Of a stretch of DNA of 64,000 bases, positions 39,713-48,047 are shown one piece after another. The notes under the pieces are model-generated. The model was not told where the DNA came from and did not search any database. It worked only from the letters and a program-made list of their open reading frames with translations. Every line of letters begins with the position of its first letter. Positions within the stretch are counted from its first letter, which is position 1. Source of the stretch: Planctomycetota bacterium (GTDB lineage: Bacteria; Planctomycetota; Phycisphaerae; WQYP01); contig JAJYFE010000003.1 in assembly GCA_021785435.1 (NCBI GenBank), positions 1 to 64,000 of the forward strand. The letters run 5' to 3'. Both the position numbers and the translations under genes were made by a program.

Positions 39713-41329
39713 ATGAAAGTAGAAATCCCTCCAGACATAGAGGCGCTGATTTCCCGCAGCTATCCAGCGATTCTCGCGACCAAAATTCCGAAAGGCGAGA
39801 ATTTTGACGGTGATGCCGAGGAGCTGCAAACACGCGGTACAGCAATGGTCCGATGGTGTTACGGGATCGGGCTTGGGGGCCAGCAGCTGCCAGCCGGTGC
39901 ACTTTGCTTCCGGTTTACTGCATGCTCGAACCAAGACGGACAGGTCCAGCGGTTCAACGATTACTTCGCTGGCTGCGAACGCCGGAACAATTCACATGAG
40001 TGCGGAATCCCGATCGCGCACATTATCCTGCACATCCCGGGGCCCGATGGCAGCGAGGGTTGGGTCGGCGACTGCGACGGACTGCCGACGTTTAGAAAAT
40101 ATGACCAGTTCGGCTGGGTGCTGGAGGATTCCCTCCAATGGCTGCGCTGGTCGAGAGGCGGCATCGACGATAAGCAAAACGTCCAATCGCTCTGTACCTC
40201 GTGGGACCCGAATATCCACAAGCTCGCCGATTATCTGGGGAAAAACTTTGATCTATCCGGCAATAGCTTTGGGAAAGTGAAGATCGGTATCGCCAATCTG
40301 ACCAATGACTTGGCATCGAAACTTCTGTTCATCCCCGCTAATTCCGCCGGAGCCCATAAGCCCGTCCCCACGCAGGGCGACACCGAGGTCTTGAAGGAAT
40401 TTTACCGTCTTGATGCGGAGTTTTTACCATCCACTCTGAAGCTTCCCGATTGTGAAATCGCAAGCAGCCTGTTCGCCGCGTTGAGCTTCGCCTCCGGCCT
40501 ACGCCTCGGTTTTGCGGCTACCGTGGTTGTTCAAGGCGGCTGCCCGATCTTTCGTGAACTGCGGCCATGCCGAGGCGGCGTGACGGAGGCTCTGTGCGCC
40601 CCGACTGGCGAGGACGGGAATGCGGTAAAAAAGATCGCGTGGCTTTTTCTTCAGAGGCTGGCCGCTGACTTATCCCAGCTCTCACGGAACGATCCGCATT
40701 TCATGTGCACGCATCCGCTCGTCGGCGCTATCCAGAGAATTAACGAGGCGCTTTCCCGGCGCGGCGTGGAACATGGCGATGATCTCTACCTCACCCTCGA
40801 GCGGGCCTGCCTTTTGATCTCGGTGGCAATTGAGGCGGTCAGCAGGTGTTACGAGCCGAACGAAACTGGGGTGACTTGGCGGCCAACAAGAGAAAAGGGG
40901 GATGCTCGGGTCGAGAGGTGGATCGGCTCCAAGGCGTACGGATTGTGGGCCAGGTACCGCCACGCGCTCGCGCACCGGCTCAAGCTCATCGAGAACGATG
41001 CACCGAGCGCCAGTCGCCCTGGGGCGCGCGGCCAGGGCGCTGCCGCGCTCTCCGATGTCGTCCGCGCGTTTTTGGAGCGCGGCTCTGAGATTAACGGCCG
41101 GCTGCGCGACCTGTGGACCTATGAGCGGTTCCTGATGACGGCCTTTAACCATCTGGTACTGCGCGTCATCGGCTACGACGGCAAGGCAACTGATTGGATG
41201 GACAAGCCGGTGTCATTATACCAGATCAACGGTGGCAATGCACCGGCGCCCGAACTCAATAGTCTTAACAGAACTTTCTCGTCAGCGGACCAGCCCCGCG
41301 ACAGCACAGAAGCGGAGGGGCAACCTTGA
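39713..41329 (+). CDS. Hypothetical 538-aa protein, no recognisable domain, immediately upstream of and overlapping the MTase
   Basis: GGGGAAGG RBS then ATG at 39713; stop TGA overlaps TTG start of DUF1156 gene. Confidence 0.5.
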   Translation: MKVEIPPDIEALISRSYPAILATKIPKGENFDGDAEELQTRGTAMVRWCYGIGLGGQQLPAGALCFRFTACSNQDGQVQRFNDYFAGCERRNNSHECGIPIAHIILHIPGPDGSEGWVGDCDGLPTFRKYDQFGWVLEDSLQWLRWSRGGIDDKQNVQSLCTSWDPNIHKLADYLGKNFDLSGNSFGKVKIGIANLTNDLASKLLFIPANSAGAHKPVPTQGDTEVLKEFYRLDAEFLPSTLKLPDCEIASSLFAALSFASGLRLGFAATVVVQGGCPIFRELRPCRGGVTEALCAPTGEDGNAVKKIAWLFLQRLAADLSQLSRNDPHFMCTHPLVGAIQRINEALSRRGVEHGDDLYLTLERACLLISVAIEAVSRCYEPNETGVTWRPTREKGDARVERWIGSKAYGLWARYRHALAHRLKLIENDAPSASRPGARGQGAAALSDVVRAFLERGSEINGRLRDLWTYERFLMTAFNHLVLRVIGYDGKATDWMDKPVSLYQINGGNAPAPELNSLNRTFSSADQPRDSTEAEGQP

Positions 41330-44300
41330 TCCCCCAATCATGCAGACGTCTCGCCGAAGTGGATTTTCCGATTGCCGCGGTGTCGCGGCATTCGGTGCGG
41401 GAAAAGTCCATCCGGCACGGGCATCCATCCACGCTGCATTTATGGTGGGCGCGGCGGCCGCTGGCGGCGTGCCGAGCCGTGCTGATGGCACTGCTTTTGC
41501 CGGATCCGTGTGATACGCAATGCCCGCAAACGTTCAAAGCCGCGGCACGGCAAATCTTATTGGCGTTTCCGGAGCGGCCCTCGCGCTGGGACCAGGATAT
41601 CCAAAGCGACGAACGCCTGCGCCATGTTCTGCTGCATGAATTCATCGCCGATTTCGCCAACTGGGATCATGCCGCTAATCCGGCGTATCTGAAGACGGCA
41701 CGTGACCTGGTCAAGGCCGCCCATCCGGAAGAAACGCCGCTGGTGGTTGACCCCTTCGCCGGCGGCGGCTCGATTCCACTGGAAGCGTTGCGCATCGGCT
41801 GCGATGCCTTCGCCAGTGATTTGAATCCCGTGGCGTGCCTGATCCTGAAAGTGATGCTGGAGGATATTCCGCGGGAAACCCGCCGCAGAGGCGCGGAGAA
41901 CGCCGAATCATTGGCGGATGAACTCCGCCGAGTGGGGAAGCAGATAAAAGAGGAGGTGGAAAAGGAAGTCGGCGATTTGTACCCCAAAGATCCCGACGGC
42001 GCCACACCGATTGCGTATCTCTGGGCGCGGACGGTTAAATGCGAAGCGCCCAACTGCGGCGCGGAAATACCGCTGGTGCGGTCGTTCTGGCTGTGCAACA
42101 AACCGAACCGCAAACGGGCGCTGCGGTACACGGTGGTTCGTTGTGGCACGGGCTTCCAGCCCGTGAGGGAGGGAAACGGCCATGGGCACGATGCCCATGC
42201 CACCGTTGAGTTCGGAAACGGCCATGGGCAGGATGCCCATGCCACCGTTGAGTTCGAGATTTTCGAGCCGAAATCGGAAAAAGACGTTCCCGCCGGCACC
42301 GTGACGCGGGCCAAGGCGACCTGTCTATGCTGCGGGGCGGTTTTGCCGCCGCAGCGCGTGCGCGCGCAATTGGCCGCCCAGCGCGGCGGCGCGGATGTGA
42401 TATTTGCTTCTGACGCGGGCGATTGTGGCACGGGCTTCCAGCCCGTGATGGATGGAAATGACCATGGGCAGAACGCCCATGCCACCACCATCCAGAAACG
42501 CCGCGGCGCCTACCTGCCGCACTGGACACGCGAGGGGGCGACCTACAGCGTAACCTTTCGGCTCGCCGACAGCCTGCCGGCCAAGGTGCTCGCGGCGTGG
42601 GTCGGGGAGCGTGAGGATATCGTCAAAAGGGCAGCGACCATGGGCCGGCCGCTCACCGACGACGAAATGCGGCGCCTGGACGAGTTGCATTCGCAGCGTA
42701 TCGAAAAGTACCTTGACTCCGGCGCCGGCGAGTGCCAACTGAGGGACCCGCGGATCGCGAATATCGTTCGTGATTCGCTTCTGCATTTTGACGGCGACAG
42801 GTATGACCTGGCCGTATGGTGTGTCATGCCAAACCACGTACACGTGGTAGTTCGGCCCCGCCCCGGCCACGAACTGTCTGATATCCTCCACTCCTGGAAA
42901 AGTTTCACGGCGACAAAAGTCAACCGGCTGCTCGGCCGCACCGGTGCTTTCTGGCAGCCGGAATGTTACGACCACCTGATCCGCGACTGGGATGAACTCG
43001 CGCACGCTGTCGAGTACGTAATGGACAACCCGGGCAAGGCTGGCCTGCGGGATTGGCCCTGGGTCGGCCGCGGCACGGGCTTCCAGCCCGTGATGAACGG
43101 AAATGACCATGGGCAGGATGCCCATGCCACGACGCATGTGCCGCAACGCGTTGCTGGCGCGCGGATGTTGGCCGTGGTGACGCTCAAGCCCGGCCAGCCG
43201 GGCCGGCATTATCGCCTGCCAACCCCACCTGATTATCAGGCCGTCCGGAAGGCGCAGGATCGGCTCAAGGCCATTCTCGACGAATGGGAGCGGGGCGGGA
43301 AGAAGGGGCTTTGCCCCGTGCCGGATGAGCCGACGCCCGCCGGCGGTGGCTCCGGTGCCGGCCGCGCCTTCAGCGTCCAAAAATACGGCATGCTCCAGTG
43401 GGGCGACCTTTTCACGGCGCGGCAGAAGGTGACGCTGGTGCCCCTGGCGGCCGGCGTTGGCGCCGCAGCTCGCGAAAATCCAGCCTTGTCGAAGCTGTTA
43501 GCGTGCGCGCTGGGCATATTTGCGCGATCATGCAATGGTAACGCACGCATGCACCCGAACAGCTCCGTTGCGCCAGCCTTCGGAATGCAGACGCTTCCCA
43601 TCACCTGGACTTTCCCTGAGACAGTCATATCCGGCGGACGATCAGAGCACTTTGATGGAGCCCTCCGGCTTGTTGGGGACGCGCTCGACGGCCCCGGTAT
43701 CCCGGCGCGCAGCGGCGGGCAAGTTGAGCAGGCTGACGCGTCGGAAGTTCCCCTCCCCAGCGGCTCATCCAGCGCGTGGTTCACGGACCCGCCATACTAC
43801 GACGCCATCCCCTATTCCGATCTTTCGGACTTCTTCCTGGCGTGGCTCAAGCGCTGCCTTCCGGGCAACGGCGGCCTGCGCGACCCGTTCGACCCCGCCA
43901 ACAGGTTATCACCGAAATTACGCGAGGCCGTCCAGGACGAAACCAAAGTGGACAGCGGCCGACCAAAGGACCGTGCATGGTTCGAGGAGAAAATGGCGGC
44001 GGCTTTCGCCGAGGGCCGCCGTATTCTCCGTGACGACGGGGTCGGCTGCGTGGTATTTGCGCACAAGACCACCGAAGGCTGGGAAGCCCTGCTCTCCGGT
44101 ATGACCCGCGGCGGCTGGACGGTCACCGGTTCCTGGCCCATCGCCACGGAAATGAGCTCGCGCCTGCGCGCCCGCGACTCCGCCGCCCTTGCCACCAGCG
44201 TGCACCTTATCTGCCGCCCGCGGCCGGATGACGCGCCGGTGGGCGATTGGGGCGAGGTTCTGCGCGAATTGCCCAAACGCGTTGGCGACTGGATGGAACG

Positions 44301-45192
44301 GCTGCAAGGCGAAGGCATTCGCGGGGCGGATTTGGTGTTTGCCTGCATCGGACCGGCGCTGGAAATTTTCAGCCGCTACCGCAAGGTTGAAACCGCCGAT
44401 GGTCGGGAAGTGAAATTGGCCGAATACCTGGAAAAAGTCTGGGAAGTGGTTGGCCGTACGGCGTTGGAAAACGTCTTAGGCTCGGCGGAGGCGAAAGTGC
44501 GTAACGGCGCCGCGGGGGCATTGGAAGAAGATGCCCGGCTGACGGCCCTGTTTCTGTGGGCACTGCAAAGCACGGATGTTAAAGCCCCAGCCGATCGGTC
44601 CGATCCGTCCGGTTCGTCTGATGACGCCGAGGCCGACGAAAACGACGATGAGGACGCCTCCGCGCCTCGGCGTTCCAGCGGCTTTTCGCTCGTTTTTGAC
44701 GTCGTCCGCCGGTTCGCCCAGCCATTGGGGGTAGACCTTTCCAAATGGGAAGGGCGGATCATCCAGACCAGCAAAGGCGTGGTGCGGCTTCTGCCGGTTG
44801 GCGAACGGGCCAAGCAGCTCTTTGGCGAAGAAGGCGCCGCGGTGATGGCCAGCCGGCTGGAAAGCTGGGCCGATCCACAGCAAACGCTGTTTCCAAAAAA
44901 TGAGGCCGACTCACCGCGGAGGCGCGGAGGACGCGGAGCTGAAAAAAGCATTCGGGAGGAGGAAGCTTTGCGGATTCGTGGTGAAATCCAGGCCACCACG
45001 CTGGACCGCGTTCACGCCGCCATGCTGCTGCAGGCCGGCGGCCAGACCAACGGCCTGCGCGCCCTGATTAAGGCCGAACAGCAACGCGGCCCGGATTTCC
45101 TGCGGCTGGCCAATGCCCTGTCGGCGCTTTATCCTTCTGACAGCGAAGAAAAGCGATTATTGGATGCCATGCTGTTGGCCGTGCCGAGGTAA
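41326..45192 (+). CDS. DUF1156-family N6-adenine DNA methyltransferase (DrmMI/PglXI-like) carrying in-frame REP and RAYT insertions
   Basis: N-terminus ...VREKSIRHGHPSTLHLWWARRPLAACRAV is the DUF1156 signature; MTase motif I VVDPFAGGGS and motif IV TDPPYY; 1288 aa versus ~1000 expected. Confidence 0.8.
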   Translation: MIPQSCRRLAEVDFPIAAVSRHSVREKSIRHGHPSTLHLWWARRPLAACRAVLMALLLPDPCDTQCPQTFKAAARQILLAFPERPSRWDQDIQSDERLRHVLLHEFIADFANWDHAANPAYLKTARDLVKAAHPEETPLVVDPFAGGGSIPLEALRIGCDAFASDLNPVACLILKVMLEDIPRETRRRGAENAESLADELRRVGKQIKEEVEKEVGDLYPKDPDGATPIAYLWARTVKCEAPNCGAEIPLVRSFWLCNKPNRKRALRYTVVRCGTGFQPVREGNGHGHDAHATVEFGNGHGQDAHATVEFEIFEPKSEKDVPAGTVTRAKATCLCCGAVLPPQRVRAQLAAQRGGADVIFASDAGDCGTGFQPVMDGNDHGQNAHATTIQKRRGAYLPHWTREGATYSVTFRLADSLPAKVLAAWVGEREDIVKRAATMGRPLTDDEMRRLDELHSQRIEKYLDSGAGECQLRDPRIANIVRDSLLHFDGDRYDLAVWCVMPNHVHVVVRPRPGHELSDILHSWKSFTATKVNRLLGRTGAFWQPECYDHLIRDWDELAHAVEYVMDNPGKAGLRDWPWVGRGTGFQPVMNGNDHGQDAHATTHVPQRVAGARMLAVVTLKPGQPGRHYRLPTPPDYQAVRKAQDRLKAILDEWERGGKKGLCPVPDEPTPAGGGSGAGRAFSVQKYGMLQWGDLFTARQKVTLVPLAAGVGAAARENPALSKLLACALGIFARSCNGNARMHPNSSVAPAFGMQTLPITWTFPETVISGGRSEHFDGALRLVGDALDGPGIPARSGGQVEQADASEVPLPSGSSSAWFTDPPYYDAIPYSDLSDFFLAWLKRCLPGNGGLRDPFDPANRLSPKLREAVQDETKVDSGRPKDRAWFEEKMAAAFAEGRRILRDDGVGCVVFAHKTTEGWEALLSGMTRGGWTVTGSWPIATEMSSRLRARDSAALATSVHLICRPRPDDAPVGDWGEVLRELPKRVGDWMERLQGEGIRGADLVFACIGPALEIFSRYRKVETADGREVKLAEYLEKVWEVVGRTALENVLGSAEAKVRNGAAGALEEDARLTALFLWALQSTDVKAPADRSDPSGSSDDAEADENDDEDASAPRRSSGFSLVFDVVRRFAQPLGVDLSKWEGRIIQTSKGVVRLLPVGERAKQLFGEEGAAVMASRLESWADPQQTLFPKNEADSPRRRGGRGAEKSIREEEALRIRGEIQATTLDRVHAAMLLQAGGQTNGLRALIKAEQQRGPDFLRLANALSALYPSDSEEKRLLDAMLLAVPR
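42143..42256 (+). repeat. REP-like composite hairpin cluster inside the MTase gene, in-frame (35 codons)
   Basis: Hairpin A GGCACGGGCTTCCAGCCCGTG plus duplicated hairpin B GGCCATGGGCA(C/G)GATGCCCATGCC followed by accgttgagttc twice. Confidence 0.6.
42425..43140 (+). mobile_element. REPtron: REP-associated tyrosine transposase (RAYT / IS200-like Y1 TnpA) flanked by same-orientation REP hairpin units, inserted in-frame in the MTase gene
   Basis: HUH motif VMPNHVHVVV and ...FWQPECYDHLIRDWDELAHAVEYVMDNPGKAGL (catalytic Tyr); REP units 42425-42484 and 43082-43140; possible ATG at 42448; no stop before the MTase resumes. Confidence 0.65.
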
Positions 45193-45200
45193 AGGACCTA

Positions 45201-46276
45201 TGTTGCGATTCGAACACATCAACATTCGTGGGTTCAAGTCCATTGAGCGATTGGAGGATTTCGCGCTCGGGCAGCTCAACGTCCTCATTGGCGCCAACGG
45301 TGCGGGTAAAAGCAACTTTGTGGAGTTCTTCCGGCTCCTCGGGGCGATCCGCCAAGGGCGGCTGCGAGCGTACATGGAGCGAAATGCCCCGGCGGACGGC
45401 TATTTCTACAAGGGCATAAAGCAAACCCGGCGCCTTGAGGCCGCGCTGGATTTCGGCATGGGCAACGGATACAGCTTCTGCCTTGAGCCGACCGCGGACG
45501 GAGGCGTGCTCATTGGGGATGCGACAGACTACCGTGGGCTAGGCGGTCAAAGTCCCGAGGTCGGCCATGCGTACCCAGTGAACGACCGGGAATCGCAGAG
45601 CGCTTCGTTCTGGATGGCGCCTGGAGTGCCTGATTGGCAGGTTTATCACTTCCACGACACCAGCGCAACCGCCGGCATGCGCCGCGAAGCCGGCGTCGAT
45701 CAGGCGGAAGCCCTGGCTCCGAACGGCGATAACCTGGCGGCGTTCCTCTTGGCCCTGCGTGCGCACCACGGTGAAAGCTATCAGCTCCTACGCCAGACGG
45801 TGCAGCGAGTGATGCCGCATTTCGATGACTTTGACCTTCGGAAGCGCGATGGGAAAAACGAGGAACTGGTCCGGCTGACCTGGCGTCAGAAAGGCTCGGA
45901 CTATATCTTCCAACCGGGCCACCTTTCGGACGGCACCATTCGCTTTATCTGTCTGGCCACCGCGCTGCTGCAACCCAACCCACCCGCGACCGCCGTTTTT
46001 GACGAGCCGGAACTGGGGCTGCACCCGGAAGCGCTGGTTATTCTGGCCGGCCTGTTTCGGTCGGCGTCAGCTCGGATGCAGATCATCGTGGCCACGCAGT
46101 CGCCGGTTTTGCTGAATGAATTCGAGCTGGCGGATGTGATCACCGTCGACAACGTCCAGGGCGCGACGCAGTTTAACCGGCTCGATAAAGAAGCCCTGCG
46201 CCAGTGGCTGGAGGACTACACCCTCGGCGACCTGTGGCAAAAACGAACGCTGCGTGGAGGCGTGAACCATGCTTGA
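45201..46276 (+). CDS. AAA/ABC-type ATPase (AAA_21-like), AbiLi-like
   Basis: Walker A GANGAGKSN, Walker B AVFDEPELGLHP; 358 aa; 8 bp after MTase stop. Confidence 0.8.
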
Positions 46277-46955
46277 GGTGCTGGTGCTTTGCGAGGGTCA
46301 GACCGAACGGGAATTTTGTAACGGCCTGCTCAGCCCCCGCTTGGCCGAACACGGGGTCGCTATGAGGGCTACGTTACGTGGCAAGCCGCAGCGGAAACGC
46401 GGTGGAATGTGCGGATGGGATGTGTACCAACGGGAGTTGATCCGTCTGCCCGGTGGGCGGAGGGACTGTCACGTGGCGGTGCTGGCCGATTATTACAAAA
46501 TGGATGGCACCTGGCCCGGCCGCCCGGAAGCCCCGAAGCGAGACCCGCTTGAAAGGGGGCGGTTTGTGGAGCAGTCGTTGCGTCAGGCGATGGAGCCAAG
46601 ACTCGGATCGCGGTTCCATCCGTGCGTAGCACTGCACGAATTTGAAAGTCTGATGTTCGTCTCGCCGCGGATATCGGCCGACACCCTCAGTCGGGCCGGA
46701 TCGGGCGGCCATTCCGCCGGCCTGGCGAAGGACCTCGCCGCGGTAGTCGCCGAATTCGACGGCTCGGTGGAACTTATCAACGACTCCGAAGTCGGCGCGC
46801 CGTCCAAGCGGCTCCAGCAGCTTGTGCCTGGTTATGATAAGGTCGTTTTCGCAACGCTGGTCGCCGGCGCCGTCGGTATCGACAATCTGCGTAAGGGGTG
46901 CCCATGGCTTGACCGCTGGCTTGACGGATTGGAAAAATGCGCCAGCCAGCGATGA
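46269..46955 (+). CDS. DUF4276-family protein (AbiLii-like)
   Basis: MLEVLVLCEGQTEREF N-terminus typical of DUF4276; overlaps ATPase stop by 8 bp. Confidence 0.7.
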   Translation: MLEVLVLCEGQTEREFCNGLLSPRLAEHGVAMRATLRGKPQRKRGGMCGWDVYQRELIRLPGGRRDCHVAVLADYYKMDGTWPGRPEAPKRDPLERGRFVEQSLRQAMEPRLGSRFHPCVALHEFESLMFVSPRISADTLSRAGSGGHSAGLAKDLAAVVAEFDGSVELINDSEVGAPSKRLQQLVPGYDKVVFATLVAGAVGIDNLRKGCPWLDRWLDGLEKCASQR

Positions 46956-47121
46956 GGTTGCGGAGTAGCGGCAGGCGAAAACTCAATTGCCTTGGCCGAC
47001 CACGGTGGTAGGGCCGCCGGACCGCGGTCAATCGCCACCTCGGCGGCAAGAGAACGGCGCCCTCGGGGGCGAACGTGCCCCCGACTGGCCAAGGCGGTCC
47101 TGGCGCTTTATCCTGACGGTT

Positions 47122-47466
47122 ATGAGAACGCGCCGAAAACAGGGCGTTGCCACCGCCTCTTTGATCCGCCGCATGGTCCGGCGGATGGTGGAGCAATTCC
47201 ACCCGGAACAAGTCATTCTCTTCGGCTCGTATGCCCGCGGCGACGCCAGACCCGACAGTGACGTGGATTGACTGGTGGTGATGGAGGTACAGGGGGCGAA
47301 GCGGGAGAAGGTGCTGGAGATACGGAGGGCTTGGGGTGGGTTCGAGGTGGCGGAGGACGTGCTGATAAGCCGCCCCGCGGAGTTCGCGTGGCGCAGGCTA
47401 TACCCCGGCACCATCGAACGGCCGGCCCATCTGGAAGGAAAGGTGCTGTATGCCCGGCACCGGTGA
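47122..47466 (+). pseudogene. Minimal nucleotidyltransferase (MNT, HEPN/MNT antitoxin type) with in-frame TGA at 47269-47271
   Basis: ...ILFGSYARGDARPDSDVD*LVVMEVQG...: GSxARG/DxD NTase motif, then TGA exactly where Leu of DVDLLVV is expected, then the rest of the MNT domain in the same frame. Confidence 0.65.
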
Positions 47467-47615
47467 TCTTACTGTGGTCGTCGCGGAATGGGTAGCCAAG
47501 GCAGAGGGCGACCTTAAAACTGCCGTGCACACCTTGAAGTTGGGGCCGGAATGTCCGACGGAAACTGTCGCATTTCACGCCCAGCTGTGCCACGGGGATG
47601 TTCACCGCGGAGGGC
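47450..47615 (+). pseudogene. HEPN-domain toxin N-terminal fragment, truncated by the downstream GxxExxY gene
   Basis: ...VAEWVAKAEGDLKTAVHTLKLG...VAFHAQ matches the HEPN N-terminal helix; sequence after AFHAQ is replaced by the start of the next gene. Confidence 0.45.
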
Positions 47616-48035
47616 GCAGAGGAAAGCGACAGGCAGGACCTGACGGGAAGGATAATCGGGGCGGCCATTGAAATCCACAAGACGATTGGGCCTGGACTGC
47701 TGGAATCCGCCTACGAAGAATGTATTGCCCATGAGATGAACCTTCGGGGTTTGAACTTTGACCGGCAACGGCCGGTTCCCGTTGCCTATAAGGACGTGGG
47801 ATTGGATTGCGGATACCGCCTGGACTTTTTAGTTGAAGAGGCTGTCGTGCTCGAACTAAAGGCAGTTGAGGCAATCCAACCCATTCACGAAGCCCGGTTA
47901 TTGACCTGTCCGAAGCTCGGGGGTTGGATCGTCGGCTTGTTGATCAATTTCAATGTTCCAGTTCTCAAATCCGGCATCAGGCGCGTTGTTCTTGATTATA
48001 AAGAGCCCTCTGCGTGCTCCGCGCCTCCGCGGTGA
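47598..48035 (+). CDS. GxxExxY-family protein (PD-(D/E)XK-like nuclease superfamily)
   Basis: IIGAAIEIHKTIGPGLLESAYEECIAHEM...DCGYRLDFLVEEAVVLELKAV...LLINFNVPVLKSGIRRVV, matches the GxxExxY family. Confidence 0.8.
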   Translation: MFTAEGAEESDRQDLTGRIIGAAIEIHKTIGPGLLESAYEECIAHEMNLRGLNFDRQRPVPVAYKDVGLDCGYRLDFLVEEAVVLELKAVEAIQPIHEARLLTCPKLGGWIVGLLINFNVPVLKSGIRRVVLDYKEPSACSAPPR

Positions 48036-48047
48036 ATGGAGTTGATC

